This document shows positions 1 through 12,950 of a stretch of 64,000 nucleotides of DNA, piece after piece. The notes below the pieces were generated by a model. That model searched no databases. It was not told the origin of the DNA and saw only the letters and a list, made by a program, of their open reading frames with translations. A program made the position numbers and the translations under genes. Position 1 is the first letter of the stretch; each line of letters begins with the position of its first letter. The DNA is from Octopus sinensis (lineage: Eukaryota), in assembly GCF_006345805.1 (NCBI RefSeq), contig NC_042997.1, positions 142,352,001-142,416,000 of the forward strand, in the 5' to 3' direction.

Positions 1-651
1 CAATATAATTGTCTACCCCTATCTCCCGAAATAGCTGGCCATGTGCCTAAATTTAAAAATGATATTAGTTATGAGTTCAAATATTTACTACAGCCATTGT
101 GTTGTCCTTGTTAGGTACAGCATATTACATGTTTCCTTTGGTCTGTCTAGATAATTCAATTCAACTGTTCCTCAAGGAATGATTAGCAGTATGTTACAGT
201 ATATACAACCAGTTTTGTCTTACAATATCGTAACACTACGAAATTGCTTAGTAGCCCCAGGGATACAGGGCCCCTATGCTAGTCTATGTATTTTGTAACT
301 TACAGTCAGTATATAAGTGTAGGGATCCAAATGCATTGCTTTTCCCAGGGGCCTATAATTGTTTAGGATAGCCTTGTATACAACTACCAAATCACATGGT
401 CCTGCCATTTGTAAATATCCAAATTTTCTTAACTTACTGACCCAAGTAAGAATAAACAATTGATCTAAAACAAAAATAAGTACATCAAAGTAAATTGAAG
501 GTTAAAAGCAGGTTTCACTTAAGTCATTGTGACTTGCATAAGATAAAGATTCAAGCCATACTGACATCTGCCTGTTTTTAGTTTTTGACATTATCTTTCT
601 GTAGATGTAATTTACAGGTGTGTGTGTATATATATATATATATTTATTAAT

Positions 652-830
652 ATTTAGCAGAAGTAACAGAGTGACTCAAAGTTTGAAAGTTTCATGCATT
701 AACACTTATTTGATAAGTGCCAATGCATAAAATTCTCAGACCTTGAGTCACACTGTTACTTCTGCTAAATATCAATATAAATATACATATACTTTTTTGA
801 GTTCTATTTTTCCTGTTTGCGTGATTATAC
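652..830. mobile_element. Foldback element (inverted Penelope-type terminal repeat remnant) with decayed hammerhead-like motifs
   Basis: 652-681 and 741-770 are reverse complements (28/30) and the inner halves also pair. A related copy with the same downstream flank lies at 32205-32370. Confidence 0.55.
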
Positions 831-831
831 T

Positions 832-889
<58 letters not shown>

Positions 890-892
<3 letters not shown>

Positions 893-1092
893 ACCGTTGG
901 CAATTTTTTTCCTCTGTCTTCCCTTCTTTGGATCTTTCCTTTTCCTATGTTTCTGACGAAGAGCTCTGCTCGAAACATTAAACTCTCCTTCTTTCCTTCC
1001 TTCCTGAACGTCCAATAATACTATATTTGTTCCACGTCTTCGCGTTGTTGTGTTTTCTCTTTGTGTTTTCATGTTTGGATTAACTATATATA
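890..1092 (+). mobile_element. Penelope-type terminal repeat remnant carrying a hammerhead motif
   Basis: Bounded by (TA/TG)n tracts and contains CTGACGA...GAAA. Its 3' end (gtgttttcatgtttggattaactata) recurs inverted near 32125-32150. Confidence 0.55.
949..983 (+). ncRNA. Minimal type I hammerhead ribozyme motif (helix III mutated)
   Basis: gttt-CTGACGA-a-gagc/tct/gctc-GAAA-cat-t-aaac. Helix I gttt/aaac and helix II gagc/gctc pair; acat is one transition away from palindromic acgt. Confidence 0.6.
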
Positions 1093-1445
1093 TATATATT
1101 AGTTAGGGTAAATCCCAGTTGTTTCCTCTTGAAGCACATCTACTTATTCCAATATTCCTATTAATATGTATCCATAGTTGGTGCTGTATTTGAGTCAAAG
1201 AGCATATCAAAATTGAAAATTATGTAAAATCTATTTGCAGAGTTAAGAACAATTATAATAATAATTATTCTTTATCTGAAGACTTTCTAATAGGATCTTT
1301 GTTTCTTATTAGCAAATGAAGCATGTGTAATGGAAAATAAATACTGCCGAAAGATTCCCATTTTCATATTTTATTATATACATACATACATATATATATA
1401 TAGTTGAAAAAAGATTAGAGATGTGTACACATCAAATTTTTATAC

Positions 1446-2315
1446 TTAAAGGACGGAGATGGAAACAGCACAGAAGTAAATCTAAGACATTTCAATTTAG
1501 AAAGAATTTAATAAAATGATTTTAAAATTATATATAGAATATATAGAATATTACCAATTTTTATGAGGAATTTCATCTTATCAAATATTAATAAAACATT
1601 GAAGTAAAAGCAGTTTGTATTTATCTTCTGTTTGGTGATCAGAATATGTCTGGAGTTTTTTTCGTTAAAGTCTTCTTTAATATAGAAAGGGCATTCAACA
1701 CAACACACACACACACACACAGCTGTACATAAAACCCATTCAATAAATGCTTTTAAGCCACTCTCTCAGCAGGAACCCACAGAGATTTTTTTTTTAGACA
1801 ATAGACAACTACACCCTCCTCTCTTTCTCTCTAACACCTTGATCTCTATACCAAACTATATTTAACCCTTTAGCATTCAGATTATTTTGTCAGATGTAAT
1901 GTTTATTTATTCACATTGTTTTGAATCAACCATGCATTATCTCATAACTTCACGATTTCAATGATGTGATTGTTTATTTTTCAAAATCACATTGTGGGAT
2001 AGGTATGAAAGGTTGGATCTGGCAAATTTGGGCATAAAACAAGTAGAATATTTGGGCCGGATATGGCCGGTTTGAATGCTAAAGGGTTAAAGAAGACTTC
2101 AATGAAAAAACTCAGGACATGATCACCAAACAGAAGATAGACTCAAACTGTTTTTACTTCAAATTTTTATTAATATTTGATTAGACAAAATTCATCATCG
2201 AAATTGGTAATATTTTATATTTTCTATATATAATTTTAAAATCATTTTATTAAATTCTTTCTAAATTGAAATGTCTTAGATTTACTTCTGTGATGTTTCC
2301 CTCTCCATTCTTTAG
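1446..2315. mobile_element. Large foldback element with ~235-bp inverted arms
   Basis: 1446-1686 is the reverse complement of 1855-1865 plus 2087-2315 (high identity by eye), with a ~170-bp spacer. Confidence 0.8.
1866..2086. mobile_element. piggyBac-type MITE (221 bp)
   Basis: Perfect 14-bp TIRs CCCTTTAGCATTCA; TTAA on both sides (1862-1865, 2087-2090). Confidence 0.9.
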
Positions 2316-2325
2316 ATATATATAT

Positions 2326-2880
2326 GGTGGCTGCCCCCTCGTTATCAAGTATGGCCATTGCACGAAGCTTAATCAATGTTGTTATCGTGCAATGCCTGTG
2401 CAAGAAGATTTTTTTTTAAGTGAGGAAAGGCTTTGCACTGAGTCAATCCCACTCACTAAGCAACAGCAGCCATAATCCGAAAAGAAGAACAAGTCAACAT
2501 CATTGGTAACCACTGAGCCGCAGGTTTTATGTTGGAGTTATCCCAGTTACCTGAGTTACCTTCTCCTAGAAGGATGTCCTAACAAAGGCTAGGAGTCCTT
2601 CACTCCCAATGGTTTAAACCGTGCGATCGGGTATTCAGTCCGATTATTTCTATGTCCCCACGCATGATACAGCCTTAAGACATTTATTGGATGGCCTTTG
2701 ACTCTCAAGAGTTCCTCCGCCCTTTGACAGGTTTTGTTTTTCATCCTGCAGGGTGTCCAATAAATACCCTCCTCACCAAGTAAGCTTGGTGGAGTTGCCG
2801 GTTTGAGTCGCCGATGACCCTACTATGGAACAGGTTGTACTGGGTTTCATGTTACCAGTAGCACTGGAAAGTGACCTGAC
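2326..2880 (-). mobile_element. Interspersed repeat resembling an RTE-type LINE 5' UTR
   Basis: GC/CpG-richer block inserted in TA repeats. The minus strand has ctaggagaaggtaactc and aaaacctgtcaaagggcggagg motifs recalled from RTE-type 5' regions; family assignment is from memory. Confidence 0.4.
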
Positions 2881-2883
2881 ATA

Positions 2884-2978
2884 ATATATATATATATGCA
2901 CATACATACATACATACATACATACATGCATACATACATACATTCATACATACATACATACATACATACATACATACA

Positions 2979-3020
<42 letters not shown>
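2884..3020. repeat. Compound (TA)n/(TACA)n/(CA)n microsatellite
   Basis: Direct inspection. Confidence 0.95.
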
Positions 3021-3021
<1 letters not shown>

Positions 3022-3284
3022 TCATCTGTCAATGCATGTATCATCATCATTACCATCATTGTCGAATGTCCACCAAATTCCAATGTACTTTCCTAGGGTT
3101 TCTACAGTTTGATGTTCTCCCTAACACAGTAAACTGAGTGCTATGACTATGTGAGGAAGCAAATTGTGATCGATAGTATATGACAACATGCAGTAGTCTT
3201 GGCCATACAGTGATTTATATATCTATATATTTATCTCTCTATTTATTTATCTCTCTGTATAGACCTCCCCCCCCCACACACACA

Positions 3285-3501
3285 TGAGGATGTGCTGAAA
3301 AGTTCCTGGCTTTGGGTAAAAGAAAATATAAGAGGATCAATTAATTATGATTTTATTTAACATTTTCCCTTTTCAGATTCACACACTTTTTGCAGTGGTC
3401 CTTCAGTTTTCTTAAGTCCTGTAAAAGAACTCGGAAAGTTGAGCCTCCAACCAGGCTTTTCGCAATACCCTTAAAGCCAGGGACTTTTCAGCACCCCTTC
3501 G
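3285..3501. mobile_element. Mariner-type MITE
   Basis: Imperfect ~27-bp TIRs: gaggatgtgctgaaaagttcctggcttt / aaagccagggacttttcagcaccccttc. Confidence 0.75.
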
Positions 3502-6500
3502 TGTATGTGTTTGTGTATACTGAGAGAGAGATAGATACACACGTACAAATGTTAGGTAAAGCTAGCTTAAGAATTGCAATGAAACATTCTCTGATGGGGT
3601 GACTGAAAACTGAAAGTAGAGTGAAATTTGTCAAATTTCAAGCTGCATGCAACTCCAGGTTTTGGCCGTCAGTTTATTCAACCAAATTGGTTGAGAGGCC
3701 CCAGTTGAAATTGTAGTCAACTCAAATTTTACAACACACACACACACATACACACATAGCAACATATATTTTGTCTGGGGTTCTGTTTTTCTGTGAGGCT
3801 CCTGGAAATCATACAGTGAATGAAAACTGCATTGAAATTATATTCTAAGCAAGCACACTTCATTTACGTATGCAAGTATGTGTGCGTGCATAAGTGTGTG
3901 TTTATCTAATTTGTTTCCAGTTCAGTTTGCTGGAGATTATTGTGTGTGTATGTGTGTGTGGGAGAGAGAGAGAGCGAGGGTGACAGACAGACAGACAGAC
4001 AAAGAGAGAGGGAAGGAACTAACTTTCAACTAATGCGATTGTGGGTTTTGTCCATTCCACTAAAGAAGTATTGCTGTACTGTAACTGGGAGTGTATATAT
4101 TGTTTTCAGAAGCTTAACCTGATTTCTTTTCCTTGTTAGTACTTTATACCATATCCTGGTATTTCTTGTGTTTACTTCACCTAATACTTGAAAATAAACG
4201 GAATAAAAGCAAATATCTCTTTTGTCATGACTTGTCACCGAACTTACTTGAAATATACTTACCATTCAGGCACATTAGATTTATAAAAATGTTCAAAATA
4301 AACAGTGGGGATAGTTAGTTGTGGCTATGTATTGTGTGTGTGTGAGTGTGTGTGTAATATTGATATATGAATTTAGCCATTTCATTTCTTTAAGAATTCA
4401 ACCCATTTTGTGTGTGTGTGTGTGCATTGGTGGTTGTTTGTGAAAGAAAGGAAATGTTAGTCTATATTTTTTATTAAACAATTTTTCCCTTCTACTTATG
4501 GTTTTTAAATCTCTTTGGAATAACATCTTTTCTCATCTTTTTTTTTTTTAAAGTTTTATTGAATTTAAAATTAATACTTACAAAGAAACTCCCCATCCAC
4601 CTCAAAAAGCAAAACGGAAAAATAAAAAATAATAATAAGCTACTAAAAATATTCAGTAATGTAATGGCATAAACAACTTTTTGATATCCCTCTATTGGCA
4701 GCTCTTACAAACTTATTCATTTTTAAAAATTTTATTTACTCATTTTTGTTGATATAGACTTATACCATTTAACTTGGAACTTGTCTCTCTTTTTTTTCTG
4801 TTTATTTATTTACTAAACCTATCGAAGCTTTAGATTCTACAGTAAATATATCTTTTTAATCATATCTGTTATTGTACGATTTCCATACAATATAATTTTA
4901 TCTAATTTTGAAACAGATGTCTTCGCATACAAACAAACAAAAAGTTCTCATGCACACTCATACATATGCAAAATCTTGTGAATTCATACACACAGAACAG
5001 CTTGTGTATACATACTTACACATATATTCCTCATATTTGTTGGCGGAATTGTTTTATTAACATAATTTTTATGTTTGGATGAGTGTTTAAAAACAAATTA
5101 AATATTTATAATAACTATTTAGAAGATGAGAATTCCCAATAGTATCTTAATAAATCTAATGTGTTGCAAATGGAACTGCAGTGACCTTTAACTGAGCTGC
5201 TTCTGCTTCTCCTTCCTTTCTTCCATAGCTAATTACCAAAGCACATCATGTTCTTTAAATTGTTTTCATAGTTGGAATATTGTTTCTGGTTGAAAAACTT
5301 TATTTATAACAGCAAAATGGCTGCAAAGTGTTTGCAAATTGGTTTGTGCTTCTTGCGAAAATATCAGTGGTAAAAGCACTTTGAAGTATACTGTTATGAA
5401 TAAAGAATTTTTTTATCAAATCCTAGCAGCATAGTGTTAGGGTTTCTAAAAAAATGAAAATAAGAACAAAAAGTAAAGTAAAAATCAAGTGTTTGTTGCA
5501 ATTATTTACAAGTTGTTTCTATTGGAAAGAATAGAACAATATTTTAGTGCATACCTTTATATTCTTTAACTTACAATTATTAAGTTACAATTAGATGGTT
5601 GCTACTTTAAAATACTAAACTCTTGACCACAGGTCAGGAGTTCTAACTTTACAACTTTAGACTTTATGCTGTGCTCCTGAACAGGTTATGAGACGTTATG
5701 GCATAGCAGTTTTGGCATAGTTAAATTGGTGCTGCTTAATGGGCATTGCTAATTCAACACTGACTTATTTGACAGCATATGTTTTAGTATTTCCCTCATT
5801 CTCTCTCTTTTGTGGTCATCTAGTTATGTTTGTATGTGTTACTTTCTCTTCTCTCTCTTTCTCTTGGATTATGAGGCCACACACTTAATATAAAATAGGC
5901 CGAGCCTCAACAGAAGATGTGAATGGAGTAATAACACGCCCAATTAACCTGGTAAAGGAAGACAGAATAGGGCAAAAAAAAAAAAAAGCGTGGGAGAGAA
6001 AGACACGGATACAAACAGTATAATATTCAAACCCATATACATTCACAAATGAGTCACATATACATACCAAACACATAGACACATAAACAGATACAGATGC
6101 AAATGCATGTGCAGATAGATACCACAGAAAGACAAGATGAAATAAACAGGACAAGACCAGAGAGAGAGTGGGAGATATGGACAAGAACAGACACTTATTG
6201 GAGAGATCACAGAATGTGTGATGAAAGAACGTGGACAAATAAACTAATAATAAAGCTAAAGTGAAAATCAAATAAATAGTGTGTGTTTATTGACAAAATG
6301 ACTGTCTCCAAATTTGACAATAAAATGAATGACTATATCTATTTTCAAAGTTAAAACCTTTATGTTCTGATCACAAGCTGTTTTTGCATACATTATTTTT
6401 TCCACTAATTCTACTTAAAAAAAAAAAAAAAAATTGTACACATTAATTTATTTTTAACAGTAACTAGCTATATAGCCATGTTTTGTTTCTTCTCAGAAAT

Positions 6501-8869
6501 ATTTGTATTGAATACGTTTTCAGCTGTACACTTTCACAACAAAAGCAAATACTTTGATTGTCGTATTTTTAAATAACCAGAACATGATGCAGACTTGTTT
6601 TGTAAACATACCTAACTTAATGCTTTAATGACTGTGTGTATTTTGGGATACCTAAAAAGAGATCTATATCTGGCTGAACTTATTTCTAGTAGTTTTTTTA
6701 TTTGAAGGCTTGAGTTTCTCCTCCAGTGGAAATGACATTCTAAAGTATTGACTGTTGATAAGGAGACTGGCAGTAATTATGAACTCTGCATAAATACTGG
6801 CAGCAATATTTGTGAAACCAGCCCAAATACAGGAGTAGATTAGTAGCGGCATCAATGGAGATTTCTAGAACTCATCAATAATCATGATTGAATGAGAGAA
6901 AATGATGGATTCTTATTTTTATTAACAATGGTTTGCTGTTCTATTTAACCTGAATCTGACATATCTAGATTCATATTTAAATGACCTGAACTTGCTGTTT
7001 TTTTCAAATATTGGTTGTCAAGCAGATCATCATCTTTGTTTTAATGTCCATTTTTCCAAGCTCATATGGCTGATGGAATTTGTTGAAGTTAATTTTCTAC
7101 AGCTGGATGCCCTTCATCAACCCTCACCTGTTTCCAAGTAAGGTAATATTTCCCAATAACCAGACACGTTTTTACAGAAGATTGGAAATGAAGGATACTG
7201 CTTGCATGATGGTAATACTCATTTACAACTATCACACAGTGTCAAGGCGAAGAAATAATAACACACACACACACATACTGCCCTTCTTTGGTATTATAGT
7301 CTAAATCTCAACTTCATGAAAACTGAACAAGTTAAATTTATGCACTTTATGAGCTCATTCTTGGACTAGCTCCTTGGAAAACAAAATGCTGGAATAAACT
7401 AACATTTTTTTTTTTTGAAGACATTTTTCAAGTCTTTTGATGCCAGCTGTGGTTTTAGTGTCACCGATTTTCTGACTAATCTGTGTCAAAATATTCATGC
7501 TTAAGATCTGAACAATCTATCTAATCATCGTCATCATCAGCATTTTATGTCTATTCCATACTAGCATGTGTGGATAGTTTTTCTGACCTGGTTCCTTCTT
7601 GCCAGCCCTTTTAATTACTGATTACTGTACTCATGGATGGGGTGCACTTATTCTAAAAGAGGAATACATAAGGTAAGATAGTTGACAGATCTTCTCATAA
7701 TGTCCTGTCTTCATTGACAAAAATTAAATTACAAAAAAGCCTATCATGTATTTATTTATATTATATTTGTGTTTGTGTGTGTCTGTGTTCATGAGTGTGT
7801 GTCTGTGTTCATGCATGTAATCATGTGAATGATTTCATATTCTTGCTCATCTGTATGTGTTCATTAATTGCAAACAAAACAATAATCATGTTGTCAATAC
7901 AAGCAGTGTCATATGCTTGTAGTCAGCTGCAGTAGCATGTCCAGGATTCTTGACATGTCTTGACATGTTACATGACCTTTGTAAACATGCTTAGGTATTA
8001 TTACCCTGCTGAGAAACAAGTGAGGGATTAACAAGAAGGGTATCCAACCATAAAAAATCTACCACAATGAATTCTGTCTAACCCATGCAAGCATTCAAAA
8101 GAGGACATTAAAATGATGATACTACTGCTGTTGCAGATGATATTTCAGTAGCCTGCATTATTTATGAAACTACATGATTAAATCTTGTGACAAAGAAATG
8201 AAGGCAAATTCAGAGAACATTAGTGTCAATTTATCTTTACCAGATACTTTTAAACTCCTGAATTACAGATTAAAGTAGCAGCATGTATGGCAGTCTTTAC
8301 AGAATGCACTTCATTAATTCAATGAATATTGCTTCTCTCAAATGGCTTTGCTAGCATCTTTGTTTAGTCCAGTAATCAATAGTTAAGTGAGTGTCAACAT
8401 AGGTTTACACATAGGGCAACCATAAAGTCTGGCTACATGGGAAATGTCACCAGTATCTTTGTTTTGTTTTTTCTCTGCAGATTGAACATGAGTTTGTCAT
8501 TTTCACCTTTGTATATGGACTTTACAGTCACCTGTATATTATATCATACCTTGATACTGTGGAGAGTGGGTTCCTCACTGACAGTCCTCTGATATTAAAT
8601 AAAATGTTAACCACTTGCAAATTAGTAGCTCCAATTCTCTAGATTTGATGTGGATTATAAATGGATTAGTTACTTGTTTCTCAGAGATTGGTCAAGTGAT
8701 GTAGACACCTTTAATGAAGCCCTAATAAGGACAAAAATCAATTAAGACTGTTCGTAATTTGTTTTGAGTTTACAGAAAAATAGGTAAAATCAACATCGTT
8801 GTCTTCTGTGTAGATTTCCATATGCAATACAAGGAGTATTGTGCAGTATAGGAAAAAATATTAGTTATT

Positions 8870-9270
8870 CATCATCATCATCATTATCATTTAAGTCTGC
8901 TTTCTATGCTGGCATGGGTTGGACAGTTTAACTGAGACTGGCAAGCCAGAAAGCTGCACCAGGCTCCAATCTGATCTGGCAAGGTTTCTGCTGCTGGATG
9001 CCCTTCCTAACACCAACCACTCCAAGAGTGTAGTGGGTGCTTTTTACGTGCCACTAGCATGAGGGCCAGTCAAGTGGCACTAGCATGAGGGCCAGTCAAG
9101 TGGCACAAGCATCAACCATTTTTAAATGGTGCTTTTTACATGCCACCAGCATGGGTACCAGTCAGATGGTACTGGCATTGGCCACAACAATGATTTCACT
9201 TGACTCAACAGGTCTTCTCAAGCACAGTTTATTCCCCAATGATTGAAGGGTACTCTTAAATGGGCCGATT
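8870..9270 (-). mobile_element. RTE-type 3' end / SINE-like element with (GAT)n tail
   Basis: Contains cagctggatgcccttcct and a (CAT)n start; same family as 9624-9930. Confidence 0.8.
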
Positions 9271-9623
9271 ATTGATTAATATCATTCTAATCTCTAAACA
9301 GTTCTATATATTTGTGCCAACTAGTGTACAGTCTTGTACATTTGCTTCATAATTCTTCCCTCACTACTTTGGTAAGTATGGGGAAGTCTCTGCTTTGCTG
9401 ATGAAGTCATACCAATACCAAAATATGTCTGAAGTTGATTACTATACTTGCTAAAATAATTAAAATAATATTAGTTATCGACTAATATTACTTTTTTTTC
9501 TCACTGAATAATTATTTCTAATTAACTTTTTAATAGTCTATGCAATAAGTATGTTAACACTAACTTATCTGTTTTTAATGCAGATGGCATCTCAGAATTT
9601 TTATTTAGTAATTTTATTTAGTA

Positions 9624-9930
9624 ATAAAAAGCACCATCCGAACATGGCCGATGCCAGCCCCGCCTCGACTGGCTTCTGTGCCGGTGGCACATAAAAAGCA
9701 CCAACCGATCGTGGCCGGTGCCAGACCCCTCTGGCACCTGTGCAGGTGGCACGTAAAAAGCACCCACTACACTCGCGGAGTGGTTGGTGTTAGGAAGGGC
9801 ATCCAGCTGTAGAAACACTGCCAGATCAGACTGGAGCCTGGAGCAGCCCCTGGCTCCCCAGACCCCGGTCGAACCGTCCAACCCGTGCTAGCGCGGAAAA
9901 CGGATGTTAAACGATGATGATGATGATGAT
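9624..9930 (+). mobile_element. RTE-type 3' end / SINE-like element with (GAT)n tail, young copy
   Basis: aaaagcaccatccga modules, ggaagggcatccagctgtagaaa core, ttaaacgatgatgat tail; CpGs retained. Confidence 0.85.
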
Positions 9931-11569
9931 AATTCATGCTTAGTCTTCATGACATTTCAACTGTCTTATATAGTTTTTGATTTTTTGTCAGTTTGGCAGA
10001 GGCACTGTTCCAACCTATGAATGTCATCTGCTAATCACAAATTCTGCACATTTCATGTCTATATCCATACATCTCCAGCTGTAAATTAGATCTTGTCCAG
10101 CTGTTGTCTGAGCTCTCTCTCTTTTTTTTTTTTTTTTGGCATGTTTATAGTACAACTTCAGCCAACAACATGACTAGAGAAAGGATTGAATATTTGGCAA
10201 CACTTCAATCAAGAGTATTAACATTTAAATAACCTCTGTTTTATCTTCACTATCATCACCACCATCCTCTACAGTGAAGCTCTTTTTTTTTTTTCACACA
10301 TCTTGATCTTGTGCTCTTTCATCTGTGAAGTTCATTGTTTCTTTGATATAATCTTCATTAATCTGTTTCTACTGTTCATATATTCTCCTAGTTCTATTAT
10401 TTCTTGCAACCAGTATGCATCACACAATCACTTATGTCAATATCATCAAACTACATCCCTCCACTCCCTCATACATTGACTAATGCTTTTCTTTCTGAGA
10501 TGTTTTCTTCACTCATTATTACATCTTAGTCATTGAGCTATCACTTGCTATACACTTACCACCAATCAAGACATGATTATTGTTGGTTTTGTGGTTAAGG
10601 ATTCACTTAAGAAACTTGGGTCCCATGTTTGATCCTACTGTGTGGTACTTTGAACAAATGTCTCTTACTTTAGCCTTGTGAGTGGAATTTGGTAGACAGT
10701 CCGCCATGTGTTGTATGTATATTTTACATGAAGAGAGGTGACAGTGGCTTGTCACCTACCCTTCGTCAGGATGTCTGACAAAAGCTAACAAGCCAAAATT
10801 TTGAAGTCATGATCACCCTTTTTCTTGTAAGAGTATAATAAATATGTACTATTCAAGAACCTACAATTTTATAATTTTAAACAAACGAAAAGTATGAAAA
10901 ATTCTTGATTCTGTAATTTGATTGTTTGACTATTAGTGCATAAATTATACAAGTGGCCCTCAAAAAACTTTCTGTGATTAAAGTGGCCTACAGTGTAATT
11001 TGAGTTGGCCAGGCCAGGCCTGTCCTAGGCCATATACTTTTTGTAACTTCACATGCATAATGTGCATTCATTTCAGCATAAAGCTGTATGAAATAATATT
11101 CGATTATATAAAGCTTGCAGTCTTGATCAGCTATTACCTAGTCAATCAATTTCTCTTCTCTTTGCTATTGAATTGCTATCAGGAATGCCAATGTTTTCTA
11201 TCAAGCTTATAGTTTCTTAATTTGAGTTTGATTTTTATTTTACATTTTAGCTTTTGCAATGTTTGTTTTTATTTCACATATAAAATATAGATGTTTTTAT
11301 CTACTTACAAATATTTCTGAGTTATAATTATATTATGTTTAAATATATTACTATGTATAATGCAGTTATATATTGTTTTACATCTGAGATTCCCATTTTC
11401 TTTTGTTTTACAAATTAATTCTTTTTGTCTCTTTTGAAAATACTAAAAATGTGAACCTTACATAAGATTTTTGCCTTTATAAAGAAGAAAAAATTAGCCT
11501 TCTTACTATAGCCCTGGGTCACCTAAAGTCTTGGGAATGGATTTGGTAGATGGAAATTGTTTCAAGCTT

Positions 11570-11602
<33 letters not shown>

Positions 11603-11608
11603 ACGTGT

Positions 11609-11644
<36 letters not shown>

Positions 11645-12554
11645 ATGTGTGTATGTGTGTGTGCTGCATTGTCTTGACATCATGTTATAGTTGTATACAA
11701 ATGCCACTGTCAAACAAGCTGTGTCATCCATTTTCAGTTTCCCATGAATATACATCTGGTCAAAAGGGAATATTAATTTGCTTGAAAACTAATGACAGTG
11801 TTGACAGGAAGGGCATCTGCCATAGTAAACCTGCATCAGTGAATTCTCTCTGGCATATGTAAGCATAAAAGAAAATTTAAAACAATGGTGATGAGGATGA
11901 TATAAGCTTTGACATACCAGAAACATCAGAAAATATATTTTTAAATATTCTCTATAAAATTCTATAAAATACTTAAAGTTGGAATATCAGATGTAGGTTC
12001 TTTAATTAGTTTAAATTTTATGATTTAAGTTAACCTCCTTTATGGCTTGACTTAATTCAATGGAAATGAGAGATCTAAAGAAGAATCTAATTATTGAAAT
12101 AAATACTGCAGCCATTAAAATTCATGTATGTTTGAAGAAATCAACTTTCAAATTAGTAGGTGTTCTTTTATCTACCTCATAATGTTGTTGTTGTCGTTAT
12201 AGTTTTAGCTTTTTAACACCTATTTTATCCATCCTCATAAAGGTTGAATGTCTTCTACAATGCAGCAAGTCACTCTGCTTTCCCTTCCAATGATGGTTTT
12301 CCTTAATCTCCCTGTCTGTTGGAATTTACACATTCTTGAATATGGTCACTTTGGTACTCTCTGATGTGTATTTTTTGTTTTCTATGGGTACTTTGTGGTA
12401 TTTTTATAATTTCCAGTAGTCAAAATGTGAATATATTTAATTCAATACTTCATGTTCACAGTTCAGATCGCATAGGGTCACTTGTACCTCTCATTCTTCT
12501 TCACTCGGTAAAACAAGCACTATATGATATACTTAGTTGTGCATGACATAGTGA

Positions 12555-12950
12555 CTTCATATCACGACAAACAGCACATGACCTTGCAGGTGGGGGCCAA
12601 ATTAGAAATTTCTTCAGGTCGAGTAGCCCATCCTACTCAAAAGGTCCTAGAATAAGGGTTGTTTAAGAGTGAATAAGGGTTGTTTCCAGGGGTGGATTAT
12701 TCAAACCCCAAAGAATCCCTCCCAATACATGGCTATGATGCTCCCCCACTACTCCTGCTCATGATCAGAAATGCACATATCAACCGCTAAGGGGCATTCT
12801 CAACTAGTTACAGTCAAGCAACTGACAAGCAAATTTGTGGTATTTAGCAGAATATTTGTTGTAGCCCCTTTTTTTATACCAAGACAAAACATGTACATGT
12901 TAATACTTCCAATCAGTTAAGATCAGAAGTCATGAGAATCACTGCCTAAT
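12555..12950 (-). mobile_element. Unclassified interspersed repeat
   Basis: GC-richer block recalled as a common octopus-type repeat; no second copy in the window. Confidence 0.35.

Noticed and set aside
210-380. Possible gggcccc-containing hAT-type MITE
   Set aside because: Only the right TIR-like end is recognisable; the left end and TSD are too degenerate to call.
4242-4263. Two GTAAGT donors 15 nt apart on the minus strand
   Set aside because: No plausible upstream acceptor or open frame.
7607-7673. Possible exon with an AG|GTAAGA donor
   Set aside because: The acceptor lies within a decayed RTE-tail repeat and the peptide is unrecognised.
8481-8642. 53-codon open frame after a very strong acceptor (ttttttctctgcag)
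   Set aside because: No convincing donor, no recognisable protein, and ORFs of this length are expected by chance.
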